A program made the position numbers and the translations under genes. This document shows, in pieces, positions 48,560 through 55,940 of a stretch of 64,000 nucleotides of DNA. The stretch's first letter is position 1, and each line of letters opens with the position of its first letter. Location of the stretch: IMG/VR virus record IMGVR_UViG_3300045988_124082; one strand, given 5' to 3'. This DNA is from a virus. Under the pieces are notes generated by a model. The model saw nothing but the letters and a program-made list of their open reading frames with translations. It searched no databases and was not told the DNA's origin.

Positions 48560-48799
48560 ATGATGATCAATGTAACATTAGCAACAACAGCAGGTAAAAG
48601 TCTTGTAACAGTAGAAGGAAACCAGACTCCAAGTGAAGTGTTAGCTGAAAATAATGTAGCAACAACAGGAGCTACAATCTCTATGAATATGAGACCATTA
48701 AGTGTAGCTGAATTAACTGATACATTTGAAGAGCTTGGATGTAATGATGGTGATTCTATCATGTTATCAGCTGTAGTTAAAGCCGATTCTGCTTTCTAG
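48560..48799 (+). CDS. 79-aa ThiS/MoaD/ubiquitin-like (beta-grasp) candidate, copy 2
   Basis: The first 24 codons and the RBS are identical to copy 1, and the rest has diverged. Ends ..GDSIMLSAVVKADSAF. Confidence 0.4.
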   Translation: MMINVTLATTAGKSLVTVEGNQTPSEVLAENNVATTGATISMNMRPLSVAELTDTFEELGCNDGDSIMLSAVVKADSAF

Positions 48800-48901
48800 T
48801 TCTAGCAGGTAAAGAGAGAAGAACATGAAGAGCGTAGGTGTCATAGCCTACGTTCTTATTTTTTACTTATTAATTATATTCATAAGAAAGGAAAATACAT
48901 T

Positions 48902-50626
48902 ATGGAAGAAAGAAAATTTAAAACAAATGACTACGTGGTAGTAAAGAATTGGGATGAATTGGTTGAAGAATATGGATTGGTTGATCCCGAATCTGTTAGA
49001 GAACAGATGAGGAATGATGAGGATTGTTATTGGTCAGAAGAAGAGATTAATGAATACAATCCAGAAATCATTAATGTTCCATGGGGAGCAAGAAAAGCAA
49101 TGATTGATGAACTTGTAACTATGGGATTGATGAAGGTCAAAGAATATGGAGAAGATGGAAGTGTCCAGCTGGAAAGCGATACTTACATTGACAGTATTAT
49201 CCCAGAAGAGATTTTACAGCCTGTAAGCGAAGATGAGGTTAAGAATTATATCTTTTGGCTTAATAAAAAAGATGATGATTTTGTAATGCAGGACTACGAT
49301 TTTGCTCAAGCAAATGGATTATTAACTTATGTAGGATTGGTCAATGGAAGTATTGATTTTATCGGAGGAAACAAAGGTAATGAATTAATTGCTTATTTCT
49401 ATGCAGCATCAATTTTAAGATCAATTGATTTTAATGAGGGAGTTACAGAATATCTAAGCCATTGTCATGAAGTTAGTGTTCATACATTTGACCATTTTTA
49501 CACTGACAGAAAATCACATTTGCAGATTGTAGCGATAAAAGATGTTTCTGAGGATGGAGAAGAAGAACTTGTTAATATGTGGACAGAAAGAGGCTGGGAA
49601 GAAGTTGAATTCCACAACGATAAAGTTTTTAAGGTGTTTACTCATCCTGAGCAGAAAGGAACCACAATTTTCTTAAATGGAGAAAAAGAAGATTATAAAA
49701 AAGACTTTGAAGCTTATGAACTGATCATGCAGATTGTTAGCCATGTTTATGGAGATACAATGCAGGATGTTTTAGAAGTTGTTAGCAATAGAGATAGATC
49801 AGAAGCTATGAATATGATCCGTGATATTTTCTCAGAAGCGGATAAGCAGTATGTGAAAATCAAAAACAAAATTAATATTGAAAACTTCCTAAAGGTTGCA
49901 TCTAAAGGTCAGCAGAAACATTTAGAACGAGAAGTTCAGAATAATCAGGACAGAGTTAATAGCTATAAAGATAATCTCAGACACTCTCTTAAAACATTAA
50001 GAGAGTCACAAGAAAGACTCTTCGGATATTTACATATGAAAGATGATTCCCAGTTCAATGAAGTAAGAGAAATGTTAAACATGATGGGTGATGATTTAAG
50101 TGATTTTAGGTGTAATCCTAGCGGTGATTGGTTTAGCTTTGCAATCGTTCAGCCATTGTTATATTGGGATGATGATATTTACGAAAGAAACTTTGATGAT
50201 GAATACTTTGAAGAAGAGGCTGAATATGAAAAGACGAAAAAAGTATTCGACAAAATCTTTAAGACAAGAGAATACACTTTGTATCTACAGCAAGCAATAA
50301 TGATTGACTTGGTCAATAATAAACCAGTTGCAATGAGAGATTATAATTATACAAATGATATGTATATTCCTAATCCACATTTCCATGAGTTTAACTGTTG
50401 GGGAGCAAATGAAGCAAATTTAATTGAAGCGATTTCAAACAGAGATTATATGTCAATTTTCAATCTTGTTAGATCAGCTGTCGCTGGAATTTCTTTATAT
50501 GATACTTCTGTAGTAGGAGCTTTCTTTAATTATTGTGAAGACAGATTTACAAATAAAAAATGTCTTAAAGTTCCAGGAAGAGAAGAATTTATTTCATTCA
50601 AAGAAGCAAGAGCATTGGAGGATTAA
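48902..50626 (+). CDS. 574-aa hypothetical protein, first gene of the JAB/E1-like operon
   Basis: The stop lies 3 nt before the JAB gene. Near the C-terminus, IPNPHFHEFNCWGANE loosely resembles an E2 HPN..C active-site region (weak). Confidence 0.5.
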   Translation: MEERKFKTNDYVVVKNWDELVEEYGLVDPESVREQMRNDEDCYWSEEEINEYNPEIINVPWGARKAMIDELVTMGLMKVKEYGEDGSVQLESDTYIDSIIPEEILQPVSEDEVKNYIFWLNKKDDDFVMQDYDFAQANGLLTYVGLVNGSIDFIGGNKGNELIAYFYAASILRSIDFNEGVTEYLSHCHEVSVHTFDHFYTDRKSHLQIVAIKDVSEDGEEELVNMWTERGWEEVEFHNDKVFKVFTHPEQKGTTIFLNGEKEDYKKDFEAYELIMQIVSHVYGDTMQDVLEVVSNRDRSEAMNMIRDIFSEADKQYVKIKNKINIENFLKVASKGQQKHLEREVQNNQDRVNSYKDNLRHSLKTLRESQERLFGYLHMKDDSQFNEVREMLNMMGDDLSDFRCNPSGDWFSFAIVQPLLYWDDDIYERNFDDEYFEEEAEYEKTKKVFDKIFKTREYTLYLQQAIMIDLVNNKPVAMRDYNYTNDMYIPNPHFHEFNCWGANEANLIEAISNRDYMSIFNLVRSAVAGISLYDTSVVGAFFNYCEDRFTNKKCLKVPGREEFISFKEARALED

Positions 50627-50629
50627 AAA

Positions 50630-51595
50630 ATGAGAAAAATTAGAATTGAAGAATTAGATGCACAGAGATTAGTACAAGAAGTGATAGCGAAAGCTATCAC
50701 TTCTATTGGTTTAACCCCAGAAAAATTACAGATGGAAATTAATCCTAATGTAAAACTTAAAGAAGAAGAGAAAATTGAGATTGCTTTTTCAGAAATGGCA
50801 GAAAAGAAAATGTATTATCTCATTCACGAATGTGAAAAAGAAATTGGTTGGCATGGACTTGTCAGTCGAAGCGAAAATGGATTCTATGTAGAAGACATTA
50901 TTGTATTCCCACAGGAAGTTACAGGAGCTACTGTAACATCAGATGATGAGCTATATCCAACTTGGATGCTTAGTCAGCCAGATGAGATTTACAATAAGAT
51001 TAGATTTCATGGACATTCACATGTAAATATGGCAACAAGTCCAAGTGGTGTAGATGATACGTATCAGGAGCAGATTATTCAACAGTTTATGTCTAGTCCA
51101 CTTGATGAAAATAATTTTTACATATTCGGCATTTTCAACAAAAAGGGAAGCTATTGGTTAAATATTTATGACATTTATAACAATAAATTTTATGAGACAG
51201 ATGATATTAGTTATGTTTTTTATCAGTCAGATGAACAGGCATGGGCTAAAGAACAGATTAAAGAGAATGTAAAAGAAGAAGTAGCTGTAAAAACAAGTGG
51301 ATATTATTCTAATGGATATGGTTATAGAGGCGGTGGATACGGAACAGAAGAGCTGTATGATACTTGGAAAAAGAACTATGATAAAAACAAAGGCAAAGAG
51401 AAGCCAAAAAAAGATGAAGCAGAGTTGCGAAAAGAATTAAGTGGAGCAATTATTGCAGATTTAACACCTCCAAAATGGCATAGTAAATGGAGTAAATGTT
51501 TACAGAGGATGATTAGCTGTGATGAAAGTCTTGATGATTTAATTGAAGAGTATTGTATTACTTATCCAGATTATAGTGGAACAAAAAAGAAATAG
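50630..51595 (+). CDS. JAB/MPN+ (JAMM) metallopeptidase with long C-terminal extension
   Basis: Complete JAMM signature: upstream Glu (IHECEKEIGWHG), then HSH-VNMATSP-S-GV-D, which is HxHx7Sx2D. Confidence 0.7.
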   Translation: MRKIRIEELDAQRLVQEVIAKAITSIGLTPEKLQMEINPNVKLKEEEKIEIAFSEMAEKKMYYLIHECEKEIGWHGLVSRSENGFYVEDIIVFPQEVTGATVTSDDELYPTWMLSQPDEIYNKIRFHGHSHVNMATSPSGVDDTYQEQIIQQFMSSPLDENNFYIFGIFNKKGSYWLNIYDIYNNKFYETDDISYVFYQSDEQAWAKEQIKENVKEEVAVKTSGYYSNGYGYRGGGYGTEELYDTWKKNYDKNKGKEKPKKDEAELRKELSGAIIADLTPPKWHSKWSKCLQRMISCDESLDDLIEEYCITYPDYSGTKKK

Positions 51596-51607
51596 AGGAG
51601 GATGATT

Positions 51608-52285
51608 ATGAATACAAGTAAAGTTTTAGAATTTTTTGATGCACAGACATTAGTTAAAAAACCAGTTCATGTAATTGGATGTGGAGCAATTGGCTCAAAT
51701 GTCGCAGAACAGCTTACAAGATTAGGAGTCTCAGTGATTCATCTCTGGGATTACGATCATGTTGAGCCTAAAAATGTAACTAATCAGATGTTCTTTGATG
51801 GGGATATCGGAAAAGCTAAGGTAGATGCAATTGAAAATTTGTGTAAGTCAATTAATCCACAGATTAAAATAATCAAACATGAAAGAGGGATTGATGATCC
51901 ATATATTCTTACAGGATATGTATTCTTATGTGTAGATAATATTGAGCTTAGAAAGAAAATCGTAGAGGCCAATAAGTTAAATCCAAACTGTATTGCGTTC
52001 TTTGATTTTAGAATGAGACTTACAGATGCACAGCATTATTTTGCTGATTGTTCAGTTAAAGAACAGGTTGAAAACTTAATTGGAACCATGAATTTTACCC
52101 ATGAAGAAGCGGCTGCAGCAACTCCTACAAGTGCTTGTGGAGTGGAATTAAGTGTATGCTATACAGTTAAGAATATTGTTTGTTATGGAATTGCAAATTT
52201 TGTTAACTTTTGCCTAGGGAATGAACCAAAACAGATGATTATTACAGATATGAAGACAATGGATGTGACAGTATTCCCTATGTAA
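51608..52285 (+). CDS. ThiF/MoeB/E1-like adenylyltransferase (minimal, about 225 aa)
   Basis: VHVIGCGAIGSNVAEQLTRLGV (GxGxxG Rossmann) followed by LWDYDHVEPKNVTNQMF (DxDxVxxxNxxRQ-like). Confidence 0.7.
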   Translation: MNTSKVLEFFDAQTLVKKPVHVIGCGAIGSNVAEQLTRLGVSVIHLWDYDHVEPKNVTNQMFFDGDIGKAKVDAIENLCKSINPQIKIIKHERGIDDPYILTGYVFLCVDNIELRKKIVEANKLNPNCIAFFDFRMRLTDAQHYFADCSVKEQVENLIGTMNFTHEEAAAATPTSACGVELSVCYTVKNIVCYGIANFVNFCLGNEPKQMIITDMKTMDVTVFPM

Positions 52286-52288
52286 GAG

Positions 52289-52567
52289 GTGATGATCTTG
52301 ATAGAAGAAAAATATAAAGCGGTACCTAAAAATTATAAGGGGATTGTAAGACTTAAGCCAACAATAGCACGTTTCCGCCCTTATTACCATGCGTATGTTA
52401 AGTTGGAGGAGGGCTATCACTATACGGGTAATCCAGATCACACAGTATACGTTGAGTTGTACAAGACTTATCAAGATTTAACAAACAATGGTAGGTGTAT
52501 AAGGGAAGGCCTTATAGAAGAAAGAAGCTTATATGTTCCAAGAGAACGTAAGAATAATTATTGGTAG
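52289..52567 (+). CDS. C-tail-tagged small protein 13 (family C, VPKGYKG..GNPDH)
   Basis: Starts 3 nt after the E1-like stop (GTG; TTG 52298 is also possible). Ends ..ERKNNYW*. Confidence 0.65.
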   Translation: MMILIEEKYKAVPKNYKGIVRLKPTIARFRPYYHAYVKLEEGYHYTGNPDHTVYVELYKTYQDLTNNGRCIREGLIEERSLYVPRERKNNYW

Positions 52568-52575
52568 GTGAGAAT

Positions 52576-52848
52576 ATGTGGGAAAAAGGTACAAGAGTTA
52601 AGATAATAGGGGGAGCAAAAATCGGCTTAATGGGGACAGTGGTTGTTAAGTGCACAGAAACCCCTGTCAATGACATTAGAGATCGCTTCTTAGTAGAGTT
52701 TGACGAATCCATGGGTGGACATAGTGGAAATGGAGCTTATGAAGGAAAGCGGGGACATTGTTGGTGGTTTGATTATTGTTTAGAAAAGGTTACTATCACA
52801 GATGGCATAAGCATTGAGCAAGTCAAAAGGAAAAATAATTTTTACTAG
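52576..52848 (+). CDS. C-tail-tagged small protein 14 (family A)
   Basis: MWEKGTRVKII..VEFDESMGGHSG..GHCWW. Ends ..KRKNNFY*. Confidence 0.7.
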   Translation: MWEKGTRVKIIGGAKIGLMGTVVVKCTETPVNDIRDRFLVEFDESMGGHSGNGAYEGKRGHCWWFDYCLEKVTITDGISIEQVKRKNNFY

Positions 52849-52861
52849 GGGGGGTGATTAG

Positions 52862-53077
52862 ATGTGGGAAGTTGGTGACAGAGTAGTAGTTAGTAGTGCA
52901 TTTAGGCCTAAAGTGAAAGGGACAGTCATTGCTATAGATGCGGAATCTACAATGCCTGTATTGGTTAAAATAGGTGGAATAGGAACAGGTATGTGGTTCT
53001 ATGAAAATGGTGATGATTTAGTTTGGAGTGACATTACTTGCACACGAGTGAAAAAGAGGAAAAACAATTATTATTGA
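52862..53077 (+). CDS. C-tail-tagged small protein 15 (family A, short)
   Basis: MWEVGDRVVV, 71 aa. Ends ..KRKNNYY*. Confidence 0.7.
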   Translation: MWEVGDRVVVSSAFRPKVKGTVIAIDAESTMPVLVKIGGIGTGMWFYENGDDLVWSDITCTRVKKRKNNYY

Positions 53078-53093
53078 GAAAGGATGATGACAG

Positions 53094-53381
53094 GTGTTTA
53101 AGGTTGGAGATAGGATCGTACTAACAGAAGAAAGCCGTCAAAGCTGCAATATATTTCATGAACATCCGGGAGATACTGCAACGGTTATTGGAGTTTCGAA
53201 AGTATCAAGTAGGTCTGATTATGAATGTGTTTTAGAATTTGATAGACATATTGGTGGACATGATGGGTTAACCGATGCCACAGGCAAGAACGGTCATTGT
53301 GTTATCTATTATTTTGATTCAACACAGTGGGATAAGTATTTTAGGAAAATCCAAAGTAAACGTAAGAATAATTATTATTAA
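53094..53381 (+). CDS. C-tail-tagged small protein 16 (family A)
   Basis: GTG start. MFKVGDRIVL..EFDRHIGGHDG..GHCVIY. Ends ..KRKNNYY*. Confidence 0.65.
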   Translation: MFKVGDRIVLTEESRQSCNIFHEHPGDTATVIGVSKVSSRSDYECVLEFDRHIGGHDGLTDATGKNGHCVIYYFDSTQWDKYFRKIQSKRKNNYY

Positions 53382-53396
53382 GAAAGAGGTGATCGT

Positions 53397-53713
53397 ATGC
53401 CAGAGGATGTAAAGTACCGTCCAGTTCCTAAAGGGTATACAGGTGTTTTTAGGCTAAGAGAAGATACGACGTCCTTAGCCAATGAGTTTTATGGAGCATG
53501 GGGCATTATAGACGACAAATTTTTAATCGATGAAGATTATTATAATGAAGAAAATGAATTTAAGGGAGATCCCGATCATGTAATTCGAGTAAGTTTTTAT
53601 CCTAGCCTTTTAGATCTGCAAAGAGGTGAAATCTTATTAGAGAAGTAGGAAGAGTGTCTGGGACAGAAAAGTATTGTTATATTCCTTTCAAAAGAAAAAA
53701 TAATTACTATTAA
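53397..53713 (+). pseudogene. C-tail-tagged family C member 17, frame-disrupted (or frameshift-dependent)
   Basis: Frame 0 stops at 53648 (..RGEILLEK*). The family-like continuation ..LIREVGRVSGTEKYCYIPFKRKNNYY* is open in the -1 frame from about 53630 to 53713. Confidence 0.55.
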
Positions 53714-53728
53714 GAAAGAGGTAATCAA

Positions 53729-54043
53729 ATGGAAAATAATGGTATATATCCTCCAGTACCTAAGGGATACAAGGGTGTTTTTAGAGTTAGACCTGATATG
53801 ATAGGATCAGATAATATGTTCTATGAAGCATATGGTATTACAGGAAAAGGTATTATAGAAGACATTGATTATTTAGAAGGCCAAGGAGAATTTACAGGAA
53901 ATCCACATCATATAATTAAAGCCATTTTTTATCAAACCTATGAAGACTTAAAGAACAGAGAATGTATGATACAAGGAAGGCCTGTTAAAATAAAAGAACA
54001 CTTACTTTACCCCGTGTCAAACAAGAAGAACAATTACTGGTAG
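53729..54043 (+). CDS. C-tail-tagged small protein 18 (family C)
   Basis: YPPVPKGYKGVFRV..GNPHH. Ends ..NKKNNYW*. Confidence 0.7.
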   Translation: MENNGIYPPVPKGYKGVFRVRPDMIGSDNMFYEAYGITGKGIIEDIDYLEGQGEFTGNPHHIIKAIFYQTYEDLKNRECMIQGRPVKIKEHLLYPVSNKKNNYW

Positions 54044-54053
54044 GTGATTTAAG

Positions 54054-54323
54054 ATGATAGACGCAAAAGATATTAAAGAGGGTATGAAAATTAAGTATAA
54101 TGGTTGGGAATGGACTATAACAAAAGTGTTTGCAAAATATAATAATGTCTTGGATCTTCGGAATGATTGTATTAAAAAAATCATTGATCAAGATAGTTCA
54201 TTGATTTGGATTGAAGCATCGAAGAGACGCTTTGTGCCTGAATCTATGACTATGGAGTGGTTCTTTAAAGAACTGAAATATGGAACAATAAAGATTTTAA
54301 ATCGTAAAAATAATTATTATTGA
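54054..54323 (+). CDS. C-tail-tagged small protein 19 (family D)
   Basis: DIKEGMKIKYNGWEWTITK. Ends ..NRKNNYY*. Confidence 0.7.
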   Translation: MIDAKDIKEGMKIKYNGWEWTITKVFAKYNNVLDLRNDCIKKIIDQDSSLIWIEASKRRFVPESMTMEWFFKELKYGTIKILNRKNNYY

Positions 54324-54329
54324 GGTGAT

Positions 54330-54623
54330 GTGATGTATTTAGAAGACATTAAAGTTGGTCAGAAAGTGAACTATCGAGGTCATTCCTACATAATAACTAA
54401 AAATGTTGTAAAGTATCGGGGAATAATTAGACCTTATTATTCTACATATTCGTATATCAAGGAAAGTACAAATTGTCATAGATCACGAATGTATTTTCGA
54501 AGAGTAGAAAATAAAAATGAACCGATTGATGGATTTTGGTTATTATATGACGAGATTGAAGAAAAAATGGATCGAGGGCTTATTAAATTTTTGAACATGT
54601 CAAAGAAAAATAATTATTATTAA
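54330..54623 (+). CDS. C-tail-tagged small protein 20 (family D)
   Basis: DIKVGQKVNYRGHSYIITK. Ends ..SKKNNYY*. Its stop is 15 nt before the RT start. Confidence 0.7.
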   Translation: MMYLEDIKVGQKVNYRGHSYIITKNVVKYRGIIRPYYSTYSYIKESTNCHRSRMYFRRVENKNEPIDGFWLLYDEIEEKMDRGLIKFLNMSKKNNYY

Positions 54624-54638
54624 AGGGGGTGCCACAAA

Positions 54639-55940
54639 GTGAATGGAATCAATAAAAGGAAATTAGAACTGTTTATGGATGATCAGCTATGGAGACAAAA
54701 TATTACACATCAGCAAAGCAAAGGTGTACATAGAGATGTATTAAGAATTGTGTGTGATCCAGAATACAAAGCACGGCTTTTAGGAATGATCTGGGATGGT
54801 AATTACAAAATTGCACCTCCGTATGTAGTAGAAATTCCTAAAGACAATGGAAAAGTAAGAGAAGTGTATGTTAATCAGCCAATTGACAGATTTGTTATGA
54901 CACAAATCAATTATGTTTATATGCAATTATATGGTCATATGATTCATCCAAGATGTGTGTCTTATCAGAAAGGAATTGGAGTTAAAAATATCGTAGATGA
55001 TATTTGTATGGAGCTTAAGAAACATCAAGGAGCTGTCGGGTATAAGGTAGACATTAGTAAGTATTTTGACAGTGTAAGCCGTGAGGTCCTTAATGAAATG
55101 ATTGATAAAATTGATACAGGAAGTCCTATTGATCAGATCGTAAGAGATTATTATATGGATGATTGTATCATTGATCAGAAAGGAAATGTTATTGAGAAAT
55201 ACAAAAGTATGACTCAGGGTTGTGCAGTGTCTACATTCTTTGCCAATTGTGTTTTAAAAGATGTTGATGAAGAGTTAAGCAAGATGGATATTATTTATTA
55301 CAGATATTCAGATGATATCTTGATGGTTGGTAAGGATGCAGATAAGGCTTTGAAGATGTTGGGAGAAATGTTAGAAACGAAAGGACTTACATTAAATCCT
55401 AAAAAGGTAGAAACAGTCAGTACAGATCAATGGTTTACATTCTTAGGAGTGCGAATTAATGGACAGAAAAGAAGTTTTTCTGAGAAGAGCTTAAAGGAAT
55501 TTCAGAAACATATTAGAGAATATGTAAATAAGAAAGCAGGAATTGGTAGCGTAAAAGTTGCAATCAGACAAATTAATAAATATCTGTATTTGAATTTCTT
55601 AAGGAATCCTAATGAGTTTGGTTGGGCTGAGTATTTCTTTAGTATTGTGAATGTCGAAGATGATATTAAGACATTAGATATGTGGATTAAAGATACACTC
55701 AGAGGTTTGTATACTGGTAAGAGAGGAAAAGAACAGATAGGTGGACTAGGTGTAAATAAAGTAACTAATGAATGTGGAGTATTAAGAGGGAAGGGCAACA
55801 AAGTAAGTTCAAATTTACGTAAAACAAGAAGTGATAAAGACATTTTAGAAGAAGCAGGATATATCAGTATGAATGAAATGTATCATCAGTTTAGATATAG
55901 CAAAGAATTGTACAGGGCTTCATTGACGGCTTTATCTTAA
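54639..55940 (+). CDS. reverse transcriptase (stand-alone, no endonuclease or maturase domain recognised)
   Basis: RT motifs in order: IPKDNGKVREV, YKVDISKYFDSV, QGCAVSTFFANCVL, YYRYSDDILMVG (YxDD), LTLNPKKVE, FTFLGVRI. GTG start behind GGGGGTG. Confidence 0.85.
   Translation: MNGINKRKLELFMDDQLWRQNITHQQSKGVHRDVLRIVCDPEYKARLLGMIWDGNYKIAPPYVVEIPKDNGKVREVYVNQPIDRFVMTQINYVYMQLYGHMIHPRCVSYQKGIGVKNIVDDICMELKKHQGAVGYKVDISKYFDSVSREVLNEMIDKIDTGSPIDQIVRDYYMDDCIIDQKGNVIEKYKSMTQGCAVSTFFANCVLKDVDEELSKMDIIYYRYSDDILMVGKDADKALKMLGEMLETKGLTLNPKKVETVSTDQWFTFLGVRINGQKRSFSEKSLKEFQKHIREYVNKKAGIGSVKVAIRQINKYLYLNFLRNPNEFGWAEYFFSIVNVEDDIKTLDMWIKDTLRGLYTGKRGKEQIGGLGVNKVTNECGVLRGKGNKVSSNLRKTRSDKDILEEAGYISMNEMYHQFRYSKELYRASLTALS

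Noticed and set aside
40730-54623. The shared AAR-AAY-AAY-TAY-TAY/TGG-stop ends might be a DNA or RNA element: a recombination site, an attC-like cassette boundary, an RT priming site or a termination-reinitiation signal.
   Set aside because: The 20 copies differ mainly at synonymous positions (five Arg codons, both Lys, Asn and Tyr codons, all three stops). The non-synonymous changes are conservative (Y/F/W, R/K). That pattern is expected for peptide-level selection. An RNA role cannot be fully excluded without a larger alignment.
40730-55940. A DGR, with the RT diversifying the Asn/Tyr-rich (AAY/TAY) C-termini of the small genes.
   Set aside because: The Asn codons, which would be the mutagenised positions, are invariant. 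Differences among copies are not adenine-specific. No template repeat matching any gene end is present in the window, and no avd-like gene is seen.
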